Under the pieces are notes generated by a model. The model was not told where the DNA came from, made no database searches, and saw only the letters and a list, made by a program, of their open reading frames with translations. Positions 1 to 9,721 of a stretch of DNA of 64,000 nucleotides are shown piece after piece. The translations under genes were made by a program, and so were the position numbers. The stretch lies in NCBI GenBank assembly GCA_965249725.1, contig CBDFMQ010000002.1, positions 2,048,001 to 2,112,000 on the forward strand, written 5' to 3'. Position 1 is the stretch's first letter. Each line of letters starts with the position of its first letter. The DNA comes from Longimicrobiales bacterium (GTDB lineage Bacteria; Gemmatimonadota; Gemmatimonadetes; Longimicrobiales; Gaopeijiaceae).

Positions 1-260
1 AAGGCGAAGTAGAGGTTCTCCTCGTCGTACGCCATGTACACGTCGGTGTCGCCCACCATCTCCACGCCGTAGTCGGGACTGAAGGTCCTGAACCCAGAGA
101 AAGGTGTGATAGCCCCCCAAACATCGTCGTCCAGCACCCCGTCGATGGTCGGGGCCGAACCGGTCTGAAAAGGCTCGATCAGGTCTTGGGCAGAGGCCGG
201 AGCGGCCAATGACAAGCAGAAGGCGAGGGCGGCCAGAATCAGTGCATCGGTGCTCTTCAT
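1..260 (-). CDS. Secreted CBM9-like/DUF5916-type protein, N-terminal part (runs off the window)
   Basis: Manual translation: MKSTDALILAALAFCLSLAAPASAQ signal peptide, then APTIDGVLDDDVW...VYMAYDEENLYFA, typical of CBM9-like domains; purine-rich RBS upstream. Confidence 0.75.
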   Translation of the reverse strand, partial: MKSTDALILAALAFCLSLAAPASAQDLIEPFQTGSAPTIDGVLDDDVWGAITPFSGFRTFSPDYGVEMVGDTDVYMAYDEENLYFA

Positions 261-758
261 ATCCTCTTCCTCACATAGCCACCCGAGCTCGGCAGAAGTC
301 CGAGCCGACCGAACGTTGATCCAAGATCCGCATCGTGTTCGCCGAATATCGTTGGGGTCCACGAGGCGGTCAACGACGTATGTAAAGCTGGCCTGACACA
401 CGTCGGCGGGCCCTGGGCACCGCGAAGCAGGAGCCAGATACTGACAACCGAGGCCATCCAGATCCCGATCCAGATCAGGTTGAAAGCAGGCTCTTCCCTT
501 TGCGCCCCACATCCGGGTGCGTGTCCAGGAGTCGGTCGTACGCTTCCACCTGTCCCTTCGAGTACCAGTGCCGCGTTGGCGCGGTTCACTAACGTCCGAC
601 AGATTAGCCCGTCCCTCTGACCCCGCATTTGTGAGGTGCCTGCGCGATGGCGCGATCTGGTTTGGTGCGTGAACTCGACCCAGATCGGGTGCCCGAGATC
701 GTCGGCACGAATAGGGTGTCACCCGACTGACGACCTGGGGCTTCTATAGGGAGGACCG

Positions 759-1244
759 ATGACGGAAAAGCACCGGACCGTAGCCATCGTCTGCGTGGCG
801 GCGATAGGACTGTGGGCCTGCACGGATGCTCCCGAGGCGGCTTCGACGCCCGATCTGGCTCAGGTCTCGATCGAGGTGGAAGCAGCTGTCTGGGCCTTTC
901 ATGCGGCGGATACGGCGAAAGACGCGGAGGGAGTCATCGGCCTCTTGTGGCCGGACTTCACGATGCTCGTGGATGGCAACCGGGTCGGCTACGACGACGT
1001 GGTTGCAGGGTCCCGCGAGTACATGGCCAGTCTCGAACTGTTCGACGCCGAGTGGACGGACCTTCAGATCACCGCACTCGGGCCCGACGCGGCCGTCGCT
1101 TCGTTCCAGTTCAGAGACTCGATTGTGACCTTGGCAGGGGACCTCATCCAGAACCGAGGGCCGACGAGCTTCGTGTGGAAACGGCGGGGTGGAGAGTGGC
1201 GGCTTCTGTTCGCAGACGCAGACCACTATCCGATCGATCCGTGA
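759..1244 (+). CDS. NTF2/SnoaL-like (DUF4440-type) lipoprotein
   Basis: GGAGG RBS; lipobox LWAC; C-terminal VWKRRGGEWRLLFA pattern of NTF2-like folds. Confidence 0.75.
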   Translation: MTEKHRTVAIVCVAAIGLWACTDAPEAASTPDLAQVSIEVEAAVWAFHAADTAKDAEGVIGLLWPDFTMLVDGNRVGYDDVVAGSREYMASLELFDAEWTDLQITALGPDAAVASFQFRDSIVTLAGDLIQNRGPTSFVWKRRGGEWRLLFADADHYPIDP

Positions 1245-1293
1245 TACGCATCTTCGCGGGGGAACTCCCCACGGCCGTCGGGGTGACGCCGTT

Positions 1294-1929
1294 ATGACAC
1301 ATACCTTGGCGAGGCCCCGAGAGGAACTCGCAAATGCCCTGAGTCATGGTTTGGGTCTCGTCCTGGCTATAGCGGCGACGCCCGTGCTCATTATCAGTGC
1401 CGCGAGTCGCGGCAGCGCTGCCAACATCGTCGGCAGCTCCGTCTTCGCCGCGACCATGGTGCTCCTCTACCTTTCGTCCACCTCGTATCACGCGGCACCG
1501 AAGAGCCGACTCAAGGATCGCCTGAGGAAACTGGACCACGCCGCTATCTACCTCCTCATCGCCGGCACCTACACGCCCTTCACTTTGGGAGTCCTGGGTG
1601 GCCCGTGGGGTTGGACCCTGTTCGGCCTGGTCTGGGGCGCGGCGACTATCGGTGTCTGCGAGAAGCTGATCTCGGGAATCCGCTATCCGCGCCTTTCCAC
1701 CGTCCTCTATCTGGTCATGGGGTGGTTGGTCTTGATCGCGATCCGCCCCCTCGTGCTCCATGTGCCCCCGGAGGGCATCGGCTGGCTCGTCGCAGGAGGC
1801 CTCTCCTACACGGTCGGGACATTGTTCTACACAGCCCACCGTCTCCCCTACAACCACCTGATCTGGCACTTGTTCGTACTGTCCGGCTCGACTTGCCACT
1901 TCTTCGCAGTGCTGTGGTATGCCACGTGA
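1294..1929 (+). CDS. Hemolysin III / PAQR family membrane protein (TrhA-like)
   Basis: EELANALSHG, SSTSYH, LDHAAIYLLIAGTYTP and HLIWHLFV motifs; start placed at ATG 1294. Confidence 0.9.
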   Translation: MTHTLARPREELANALSHGLGLVLAIAATPVLIISAASRGSAANIVGSSVFAATMVLLYLSSTSYHAAPKSRLKDRLRKLDHAAIYLLIAGTYTPFTLGVLGGPWGWTLFGLVWGAATIGVCEKLISGIRYPRLSTVLYLVMGWLVLIAIRPLVLHVPPEGIGWLVAGGLSYTVGTLFYTAHRLPYNHLIWHLFVLSGSTCHFFAVLWYAT

Positions 1930-1962
1930 CGCCGGGGTCCCGCTAGGAGGATAACGAGCGAT

Positions 1963-2556
1963 ATGCGCAACATCGTAACCGTCTCGGCCACGAGCCGGCC
2001 CGACAACTACACGTCGATGGCCCTCGCCATCGTAAACGACGAACTCGCGAAGCGAGAGGTGTCGTCGACTTCGTTCGATGCCCGTAATCTGTCCTTGTCC
2101 TTCCCTGGACACCCACCCACCGAGGACGCTGAGCGGCTGAGATCGGCCGTAGAAGAGGCGTCTGGAGTGGTAATCGCGACCCCGGAGTATCACGGGAGCT
2201 TCTCCGCCATGGCCAAACTGGTCATCGAGAATCTCGGCTTTCCGTCCGTGTTGGCCGGTAAGCCGGTAGCCCTGGTCGGGGCCGCCGCCGGACGAATCGG
2301 CGCCATCAAATCTCTGGAGCAGCTGCGCGGCGTCTGTGCACACACGGGTGCGCTCGTCCTACCGGGAAGCGTATCGGTAGCCGGCGTTCAGGCCGCGTTC
2401 AACCCAGAAGGCCAATGCACGGACGAGGGCGTGGAGGGAGCGCTACGAGGGATTGCGGGGGCTCTGCTCGAGTTCATCGAGCACTACGTTTGCCCGAAGT
2501 ACGCGCTGGAGGCGATGGTCCGTGGAGAGGGTCGACCTTGGACTTCGACGCTCTGA
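1963..2556 (+). CDS. NADPH-dependent FMN reductase family protein
   Basis: AGGAGG RBS; ATPEYHGSFS and GKPVALVG motifs. Confidence 0.9.
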   Translation: MRNIVTVSATSRPDNYTSMALAIVNDELAKREVSSTSFDARNLSLSFPGHPPTEDAERLRSAVEEASGVVIATPEYHGSFSAMAKLVIENLGFPSVLAGKPVALVGAAAGRIGAIKSLEQLRGVCAHTGALVLPGSVSVAGVQAAFNPEGQCTDEGVEGALRGIAGALLEFIEHYVCPKYALEAMVRGEGRPWTSTL

Positions 2557-2596
2557 ACCCCGTGATACTCTCCTTGCAGGGAGACACGCTGCGGCC

Positions 2597-3250
2597 ATGA
2601 GCGTCGGGCGACGATGGAGCTTGGCATGGAGCTTGGCATGGGGTTTGGCCCAGATCGCGAGGCTGGCCGCTGCGGTCGTCATTACGGCCACCGCGACGAC
2701 CCAGGGACTGTCCGGGCAGGAGCGCCAGGAGCTGGTGGTCTCTGATTCGGTCGGCCTTCGTACTCCCCCAACCATCTCACCCCAGAGTGGAAGTTCGGGC
2801 ACCGAGGTCACTGTGAGCGCCATTCACCTGCCTGCCATCACACCGGTACAGATTGGTGTCGGCGCGATCGGGACGGGCTTCGAGGTGCTTGATCAGCTGA
2901 TGACCAGTCCAGAAGGCGAGATCACGCATACGGTCCAGGTTCCGCGATGGGCCACCCGAGACCGGTCCCACGTCTTCATCGTGCTCGACATCTACTTTCG
3001 CCCGCTGTCCATGTCTGGTCCGTTCCACGTCACGGACCGCAACGGCCTCGTTTCAAGAGCCGGTCGCGTCATGACTCGCGACTCCCAGTGTGTGACGATG
3101 CTCGGCGGAGACGATCAGTTGTACTCGCTGACGGGAGATCTCAGGGGACTGCGCCCGGACGACGAGGTGATCGTGGAGGGAGGGTTGGCCGAGAACTCGC
3201 CGTGCGATCAGGGCGTTGCGTTGGACGTGGTGCGGGTCAGGCGACCGTAG
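2597..3250 (+). CDS. Hypothetical secreted protein (Ig-like part plus OB-like C-terminus with a Cys pair)
   Basis: Signal-like N-terminus from ATG 2597; co-directional with flanking genes; function not recognised. Confidence 0.6.
   Translation: MSVGRRWSLAWSLAWGLAQIARLAAAVVITATATTQGLSGQERQELVVSDSVGLRTPPTISPQSGSSGTEVTVSAIHLPAITPVQIGVGAIGTGFEVLDQLMTSPEGEITHTVQVPRWATRDRSHVFIVLDIYFRPLSMSGPFHVTDRNGLVSRAGRVMTRDSQCVTMLGGDDQLYSLTGDLRGLRPDDEVIVEGGLAENSPCDQGVALDVVRVRRP
2615..2650. repeat. 12-bp tandem repeat x3 (TGGAGCTTGGCA, third copy degenerate)
   Basis: Seen directly; encodes WSLA-WSLA-WGLA. Confidence 0.85.
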
Positions 3251-3291
3251 GTGGGCATCATCTGCTCATCCCCATCCCGGGAGTAGCCTCC

Positions 3292-3888
3292 ATGCTCATC
3301 AAGCAGGCTACTCTCGAGGGCGTAAAGGAGGGCCGAGTCACCCTGGCGTTCAGGCGCTGGCAGCGGCCCACGGTCAAGACCGGGGGGACGCTCCTGACGT
3401 CGGCAGGCCTCATCGCCATCGATGCCGTCGATGCCGTGGACCTCGACACGGTGACGGAACCTGAGGCCGTGGCCGCAGGCTTTGTGGACCTGGAGACCCT
3501 ACGGGCTACCCTCCAGCAGCGGGGCACAGGTCAGGTGTACCGGATCGCGCTGCGCCTGGCCGGACCGGACCCGAGGATCTCGCTGCGACGGCAAGTCCCG
3601 GACAGCCCCGCAGAGTTCGAGGGATTACGGACACGCTTGGCCCGCATGGACGCGGCCGCCAAGGCGGGACCCTGGACGCGTAAGGTGCTGTCTCTCCTCG
3701 AGCAGAGGCCGGCCGTGCGCGCAGGTGATCTCTCCCTCGAGATGGGGATGGAGAAGGACCGCTTCAAGGCCAACGTGCGGAAGCTCAAGAGACTGGGCCT
3801 GACCGAGAGCCTCGAGGTGGGATATCGACTCTCCCCCAGAGGCGAGGCCGTGCTACGCTTCCTCCAAGAAACGGAACCAGCGAGGTGA
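3292..3888 (+). CDS. ASCH-domain protein with C-terminal winged helix
   Basis: GRVTLAFRRWQRPTVKTGGT ASCH-like start; FKANVRKLKRLGLTESLEVGYRLSPRG wHTH end. Confidence 0.75.
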   Translation: MLIKQATLEGVKEGRVTLAFRRWQRPTVKTGGTLLTSAGLIAIDAVDAVDLDTVTEPEAVAAGFVDLETLRATLQQRGTGQVYRIALRLAGPDPRISLRRQVPDSPAEFEGLRTRLARMDAAAKAGPWTRKVLSLLEQRPAVRAGDLSLEMGMEKDRFKANVRKLKRLGLTESLEVGYRLSPRGEAVLRFLQETEPAR

Positions 3889-3907
3889 TGAAGGAGTTGC
3901 GCTGATC

Positions 3908-4258
3908 ATGACTCGATCATTGGAGTGGCGGTACCACCGCCCCGGCTGACAGAGCTGCAAACACACGCAGGAGTTTCTTGCGCAGAATGCCATCGGCGAT
4001 GGCGTCGTGCAGACCACGACAAAGGAGCCGCTGGCCGGTGCCGACGCCTTGTCCGTGCTCGAAGGGGTATCCGAGCTCTTTGTTGCGAAGGGGAAGACCG
4101 TCCTCCACTTCGACCTCGAGAATGAGCCACTCACGGACGATGAACTGCTCGCCCTGCTGTTGGGCCGCTCGGGGAAGCTCCGGGCTCCAACGCTCAAGAC
4201 CGGACGCCGGCTGCTGGTGGGGTACAATCGGGCGCTGCTCGAGACGACCCTGCTCTAG
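3908..4258 (+). CDS. ArsC/Spx-family probable selenoprotein (in-frame TGA at 3947-3949 read as Sec; UxxC)
   Basis: AAGGAG RBS at 3891; MTRSLEWRYHRPG-[TGA]-QSCKHTQEFL in frame with the 4007-4258 ORF carrying LRAPTLKTGRRLLVGYN (ArsC-family C-terminus); hairpin at 3966-3982. Confidence 0.8.
3966..3982 (+). promoter_or_regulatory. Candidate bacterial SECIS hairpin for the ArsC-like gene
   Basis: CGCAGG-AGTTT-CTTGCG stem-loop with a G near the loop start, beginning 17 nt after the UGA. Confidence 0.55.
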
Positions 4259-4272
4259 CGGATGTCGAGTCG

Positions 4273-4346
4273 CTACCAGCCGCCGCAAGCCTGCAGGGCG
4301 ACCATCAACGCGAGCGTCGACAGCCGTTTGAACCAGAGAGCACCAT
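4273..4346 (-). pseudogene. Possible remnant of a lipoprotein gene (signal peptide only)
   Basis: GGAGGT RBS and ATG at 4346; after a shift in the CTCTCT run it reads WFKRLSTLALMVALQACGG-W-stop (lipobox LQAC). Confidence 0.3.
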
Positions 4347-4483
4347 GATCACCTCCGCTCAAAGGCCCCGTTGATGCGTAGGCGGGCTCCCTTAAGATCG
4401 CACATTCCGGTACTGGCGCCGAGAGCCGCGCCTGCCCACGTTCGGCCTGCAGAAGCAGTTGAACCCGGAGAAGTGCCAGGCCA

Positions 4484-5777
4484 ATGAAGTACCCGTCCCA
4501 CGCACCGCATCCTGCCGCCCTCTCGCGGCGGCGTTTCCTGAAGGCGACGGGGACCGGAATCCTCGGCTTTTCCGCGTTCGGATGCGACGTGGGTACGCCC
4601 CCAGCGACGGATCGGGCTCGGTCGGCACTCACACGGCCCACGGGTCTGGACGACGCGGCCTGGGCCCATGTGAGGGAGCAGTTCATCCTGGAGCCGGGCG
4701 TGGCGTATATGAACAACGCCAGCCTGGGCATGCCTCCCGGCGTCGTGGCGGAGGCCGTGGCGGCCGGGTACGAAGCGATCTCCAAGGAGCCTCTCCACGG
4801 CAAGCACGACCTCCAAGACGAGATCGCACAGCGGGTCGTCCCCGGGCTCGCCAGCCTGCTCGGGGTGACTCCCGGTGAGGTGGCGCTGACACGGAACGCC
4901 ACGGAGGCGCTCCATCTCCAAGCGGTGGGGCTCGACCTGAAGCCGGGCGACGAGGTGATCTTCACCACGCAGGAGCACCCAGCCGGCCTGAGGCCTTGGT
5001 TGTTCCGTGCAGAACGGCACGGAGTCCAGGCCACATCCATCTTCGTCCCGAGCCCCCTCGAGAGTGAAGACCACGTGGTTCGGCTTTTCGAGCAGGCCAT
5101 TACGCCCCGCACACGAGCCATCGCCTTTTGCCATGTGACCCGGGGCGGGCACCGCTACCCGGTGAGGCGACTGGCAGAAATGGCCAGATCACGCGGATTG
5201 CTCAGTCTCGTGGACGGCGCCCAGGCCTTGGGGCAATTCCCGATCGACCTGCACGATCTCGGGTGCGATGCCTACTCGGCGAGCCTTCACAAGTGGCTCC
5301 TGGGCCCAGTCGGCACGGGGGTCCTCTATGTGCGGGAGAGCGCCCGCGCCCAGATACGATCGGCCTTCGCCCACGACGCGACGACGGACGCTCCGGCCCT
5401 CGCCCCCCCGGGCACCGCGGACTTCCCTCTTCGGGCCGGCATCGGCGCCGCCCTCGACTTCGTGGAGGCCATCGGGCTGGACAATGTGGCGAGTAGGGCG
5501 CGATATCTGTCTGACTACCTGAAGACGCAATTGTCCGACTTGGGGGGGGGTCACCCTATTGAGCGGGACCGCGCAGATGTCATGCCCAGGCTCCACGATC
5601 TTCGAGATGGAGGGGGTAGACGCGATGGCCTTGGTCCCGGTCATGGACGAGGAGCACTCGATCCATATAGACGAGCACCAACGCGACGGACACGATGCAA
5701 TCCGCGTTTCGACACATATCTACAACACCACGGTCGAGATCGACCGCCTCGTAGCAGCGCTCGAGGCCCAGACCTGA
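4484..5777 (+). CDS. Tat-exported class V PLP aminotransferase (isopenicillin-N-epimerase/cysteine-lyase-like), frameshifted in a G9 run at 5542-5550
   Basis: SRRRFLK Tat motif, AFGC lipobox, YMNNASLG, VDGAQ, SLHKWL; the C-terminus (IRVSTHIYNT) continues in the 5559-5777 ORF. Confidence 0.85.
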
Positions 5778-5786
5778 GGAGGACCG

Positions 5787-6038
5787 ATGCCGATCTACGA
5801 ATACTCATGCGAAGAGTGCGAACACCAGTTCGAAGAGTTGGTGCGGGGCGACGAAGTCCCCCAGTGCCCCTCGTGCGGGAGCGAGCAGCTCGAGCGGCTC
5901 ATGTCCCTTCCACGGGTTAGTTCGGAGTCCACGAGGGCCTTGAGCATGAAGGCCGCAAAGAAGAGGGACGCGGGACAGGCAAACGACCGCATGCACGATC
6001 GGCTGCACTACGAAGAGAGCCACGACCGGCACGGCTGA
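5787..6038 (+). CDS. FmdB-family zinc-ribbon protein
   Basis: MPIYEYSCEEC...CPSCGS; GAGGAGG RBS. Confidence 0.9.
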   Translation: MPIYEYSCEECEHQFEELVRGDEVPQCPSCGSEQLERLMSLPRVSSESTRALSMKAAKKRDAGQANDRMHDRLHYEESHDRHG

Positions 6039-6057
6039 CCGGAACGGGAGCAAGAAC

Positions 6058-6510
6058 ATGGACCCGTCCTCAGCGTCTTCGTCCCGTACCGGCCTTGCCG
6101 CTGCACTCTATCTCAGGCTAGCCCTGGCGACGGCCTTTCTCTCCGCGGTCGCCGACCGTTTCGGGATCTGGGGTGACCGGGGTGACCCGGGTGTGGCGTG
6201 GGGGAACTTCGATCAGTTTCTCAGCTACACGGCGTCGCTGCTTCCATTCTTGCCGCCAGCCGGGGTAACCGCCATCGGATGGACGGCGACCGCCGCCGAG
6301 ATCGTCCTCGCTATCGCCCTGATAGTCGGGTTCAAGGTCCGGGCGGCGGCGGCCGGGAGCGGTATACTGCTCCTGGGCTTCGCTCTCGGAATGGTGCTGG
6401 GTGACGGTCCGAAGCCCCCCCTCGACGCCTCGGTGTTCACTGCGTCGGCGGGTGCACTCCTGCTCTACGCGTATCCGCACAGCTATCTGAGCGTGGACGG
6501 AGGCGGTTGA
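6058..6510 (+). CDS. DoxX-family membrane protein
   Basis: LRLALATAFLSAVADRFGIWG...WGNF, several hydrophobic helices. Confidence 0.8.
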   Translation: MDPSSASSSRTGLAAALYLRLALATAFLSAVADRFGIWGDRGDPGVAWGNFDQFLSYTASLLPFLPPAGVTAIGWTATAAEIVLAIALIVGFKVRAAAAGSGILLLGFALGMVLGDGPKPPLDASVFTASAGALLLYAYPHSYLSVDGGG

Positions 6511-6648
6511 GCCATGCCGGACCGATCGCATCATCTACGGTCGCTGCGATCTCGGTCGGCGTCGTCGTGCTCCTCTCGCTCGGTCCGAGCACCCCTGTCA
6601 TCCTCTGCCGTTGGCGAAGACTCGAGGTAGGCCTGCGCCGCTCCGTGC

Positions 6649-6816
6649 GGATTTCCCGGGGCGGAGGATCTGGGTAACATGTTCCAGTTCAAGCGGGATT
6701 TCGAGGAGTCCTACTGCGGGGCCAGGGACCTGGACCGGGCGCGCGGGCTGAATCCGGAGCTCCAGACGTTGTCCCAATGGCTGGCCGCAAACGGAAGCCA
6801 AATCCCTATCGACTAG
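6649..6816 (+). pseudogene. 3' remnant of an NmrA/HSCARG-family gene
   Basis: GFPGAEDLGNMFQFKRDFEESYCGARDLDRARGLNPELQTLSQWLAANGSQIPID-stop matches NmrA-family C-termini; no Rossmann N-terminus upstream. Confidence 0.7.
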
Positions 6817-6867
6817 GCGCCACTGGGAGCAGAGGCCGCCCGCATCGATCCACAACGGACGTGCCGA

Positions 6868-8076
6868 ATGCCCATCCCCTCCGTCCCCCTCGATCAGGTC
6901 GTTCGGCTCTGGTTCCACCGACAGGGTCTAACGGGGCCACGAGGCTCGTCGAAGCTTGGCAAACGCACGCTCACCGATCACCTGGAGCGCACGGGGGCGC
7001 TGCAGCTCGACTCGGTCAACGTGGTCGATCGGGCGCACTACCTGACGCTCTGGAGTCGCTTCGGCACGTACGATCGGAAGCGAGTGGACCGCTTGGTCTA
7101 CCACGACGGGGTGGGCTACGACTATTGGGGGCACGAGGCCTCGATCCGGCCCATGTCGCACTTACCGCTCGGCCGGAGGCGCATGCGCGGCTTCCCGCCG
7201 GAGAGCTGGAGTGGGAAGTCGTATTGGAGTGTGTACAAGACCTCGACCGCCTCGAAGCGTCGCGTCTTGAAGCGGCTCAGGGACGAGGGCCCCTTAGAGA
7301 GCGCGGATTTCGAGAGGCGTAAGGGCGAGCGTGAGGACCCGCGGGGCACCGGCATGCTCCTGCCCAAAGAGGACAAACGGTCGCTCAAGGTGATGTGGCA
7401 CGATGGGCGTGTGGCCATCCGCACCCGTCGACACTTCCGCTGCGTGTACGACCTTGCCGAAAGGGTGTATCCCGCCGGGCCCACCGCGAGCGCGGTCGAG
7501 TTCGAGGACAGCTGGCTCTTCATCGGGCTCTCCGGCAATGGAGTCGCCAGCGAACGGCACCTTGCGAACTACTTCACGGCCCCCGACCTGACCGCGCGGG
7601 ACCGGAAGCGGGTCATCGCCCGCAACCTCGAGAAAGGACGCATCGTCGAGGTTCGGGTCGAGGGTCTGAACGGACGGTTCTATGCCCTTCCGGAGCACTT
7701 GGACGCCATGGACGAGCTCACCGAGCCCGAGGGCACCACGCTTGTCTGTCCCTTCGATTCCTTCATGTGGCAGAGGAAGCGCGCCGAAGAGCTACTCGGG
7801 TTCCACTACCGCATCGAGATCTACGTGCCGGCGGCCAAACGGGAGTTCGGATACTACGTGCTCCCGATTCTCCACGACGGAAAGCTCGTGGGACGGCTGG
7901 ACCCCAAGCTGCATCGGGACCGAAGCGAGTTGGAGATCAAGGCCATCTATCTGGAAGCCGGATTCGAACGGGACCGAAGATTCGACCGGGGACTGGCTGA
8001 GACACTGGCAAGCCTGACAGAGCATCTGGGAGCCGACCGTCTCACGCTTCCTGAGGGCTGGCGTAGCCTCGGCTAG
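6868..8076 (+). CDS. ycaQ: YcaQ/AlkZ-family crosslink-repair DNA glycosylase
   Basis: LQLDSVNVVDRAHYLTLWSR, YWGHEAS, CPFD, YRIEIYVPAAKREFGYYVLPIL. Confidence 0.85.
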   Translation: MPIPSVPLDQVVRLWFHRQGLTGPRGSSKLGKRTLTDHLERTGALQLDSVNVVDRAHYLTLWSRFGTYDRKRVDRLVYHDGVGYDYWGHEASIRPMSHLPLGRRRMRGFPPESWSGKSYWSVYKTSTASKRRVLKRLRDEGPLESADFERRKGEREDPRGTGMLLPKEDKRSLKVMWHDGRVAIRTRRHFRCVYDLAERVYPAGPTASAVEFEDSWLFIGLSGNGVASERHLANYFTAPDLTARDRKRVIARNLEKGRIVEVRVEGLNGRFYALPEHLDAMDELTEPEGTTLVCPFDSFMWQRKRAEELLGFHYRIEIYVPAAKREFGYYVLPILHDGKLVGRLDPKLHRDRSELEIKAIYLEAGFERDRRFDRGLAETLASLTEHLGADRLTLPEGWRSLG

Positions 8077-8132
8077 TAGACTCGGCTAGTAGACTCGGCT
8101 AGTAGACTCGGCTAGTAGACTCGGCTAGTAGC
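8068..8132. repeat. 13-bp tandem repeat x5 (CTCGGCTAGTAGA)
   Basis: Four exact copies plus one with a terminal mismatch, starting at the ycaQ stop codon. Confidence 0.95.
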
Positions 8133-8157
8133 CTCAGTCAGTCCGTTGTCGGCTCGG

Positions 8158-9699
8158 TTAGTCGGTCGTCGCCGCGAGACGGGCCCGGAACTCCGACTCC
8201 CTCTCGGGAGAGAGAGTGGTGAACAGTGACACGATCGGGACCGTCAGCAGCGGGACCACCGTGGTCACGTAGGCCGGATCGAGACCCCCGCCCTGCCCCG
8301 TCAACAACGTCACCAGCGCGCGAACCGGGGCGGGAGCGCCCACCGGAGTCTGCAGGTCGATCCAAAGCGCCCACTTCAGCAGGACGAACCACGTGACCCC
8401 GGCCACATATCCGCCCAGCATGCCCCAGTAGGCACCCTGCTCGGTGGTCCGTCGCCAGTAGAGCACGAAGGCGACCACGATGGCCGCGGGCAGCACCATG
8501 GCGAACGCGAACAAGAGCAGATCCAGGATCGAGACCCGGGTGCTCATGGCGATCCACCACGCGATCAACGCCGACACGAGCGCGAACACGACCGTGACGA
8601 CCTGGTAGGCGCGCAGCCGGCGCTCGGATGAGTACCTGCGTGCAGAGGGGACCCAGTCCCGCACGAACATCGTGGCGCTGGAGAGAAGGATCGGCCCCCC
8701 GGACGAGATCACTGCCGCCAAAACCGCCGCGAGCGCCATACCACCCATGATCGGGCTGATCTCGGCCGCCAAGGTGGTGAGGTTGCGATAGCCGGCCAAG
8801 CCGGAGTCAGGCCCGAACCTGGCGAGTGTCAGGATGCCCACGAGCCCAGCGAGGAGGGGCATGAGCGCTGCAATCGCACCCGCGGCGATGAACGCCGGCG
8901 CAAGGCTCCGCTCGGACCGGGTGGCAGTGGAGTAGTTGGCGTAGATGGATGCGGCAGGAGAGTGGACGGTCGCCGAGAAGAACATCGCCAGAATCGCCAT
9001 CCACCCTCCCCCCGCGAACCCCCACCACGCCGCCGGCGCCTCCGGGGACCGCGCCAACTGCTCATTCACCTGCGAAGTCACCACATCCCACCCGCCGAGC
9101 TCACGAAGGCCAAGAACCCCGACGGCCGAGAGGGAGCCGAGAATCACGGTGCAGTGAATGACGTTGGTCACTGATGTGCCCCATAGGCCCCCCAGAGACA
9201 CATAAGTGGCCAGGACCACTGCGGCGATGAGCGTGCCATGCAGCATCGACAGGGGCGTCAGGGAGCTGATGATGACGCCGATCACATAGGCCTCGATCAC
9301 TACGACAATGGCGTATTCGGTCTGCACGCAAAGACTGGTCAGCCATTGGCATCGCTTGGAGCCGAATCGGACCAGGAACAGCTCACCGACGGTCTGGAGG
9401 CGTAGGCGCCGGTAGTAGACTGCGAAGGCGAGACCCACGAGCACGAGTGCCGCGAACGAACTGATCGCATACCACCACAGGTTCCAGACACCGCCGGTCA
9501 CCACGTCGCCCGCCACCCCGTACGTCCCGGCGCCCCCGATGCGCGCGCCCGCGAGCCCAAAGGCGACGAGCACACCGGACATACCCCCACTCGCCACGGC
9601 CCAGTCGCTGGAGCCCTTCGATCGACGAGCCATGAGGCCCCCGACGACCGTGACTCCGATCAGATAAAGGACGATGACAGAGACGGCGATGTAGTCCAC
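8158..9699 (-). CDS. Sodium:solute symporter (SSS) family
   Basis: About 13 TM helices; YVSLGGLWGTSVTNVIH and AVLAAVISS motifs. Confidence 0.9.
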   Translation of the reverse strand: MDYIAVSVIVLYLIGVTVVGGLMARRSKGSSDWAVASGGMSGVLVAFGLAGARIGGAGTYGVAGDVVTGGVWNLWWYAISSFAALVLVGLAFAVYYRRLRLQTVGELFLVRFGSKRCQWLTSLCVQTEYAIVVVIEAYVIGVIISSLTPLSMLHGTLIAAVVLATYVSLGGLWGTSVTNVIHCTVILGSLSAVGVLGLRELGGWDVVTSQVNEQLARSPEAPAAWWGFAGGGWMAILAMFFSATVHSPAASIYANYSTATRSERSLAPAFIAAGAIAALMPLLAGLVGILTLARFGPDSGLAGYRNLTTLAAEISPIMGGMALAAVLAAVISSGGPILLSSATMFVRDWVPSARRYSSERRLRAYQVVTVVFALVSALIAWWIAMSTRVSILDLLLFAFAMVLPAAIVVAFVLYWRRTTEQGAYWGMLGGYVAGVTWFVLLKWALWIDLQTPVGAPAPVRALVTLLTGQGGGLDPAYVTTVVPLLTVPIVSLFTTLSPERESEFRARLAATTD

Positions 9700-9721
9700 T
9701 CAGGCTCCCCTCACGGACCGA

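Noticed and set aside
4300..4346. Third selenoprotein (MVLSGSNGCRRSR-TGA on the minus strand)
   Set aside because: No recognisable redox motif or protein-like continuation after the TGA
4484..5920. 478-aa aminotransferase as given in the ORF track
   Set aside because: The tail after the G9 run is out of frame and overlaps the FmdB gene; the true end is 5777
8068..8132. CRISPR array
   Set aside because: Units are 13 bp and directly adjacent, with no spacers and no cas genes in the window
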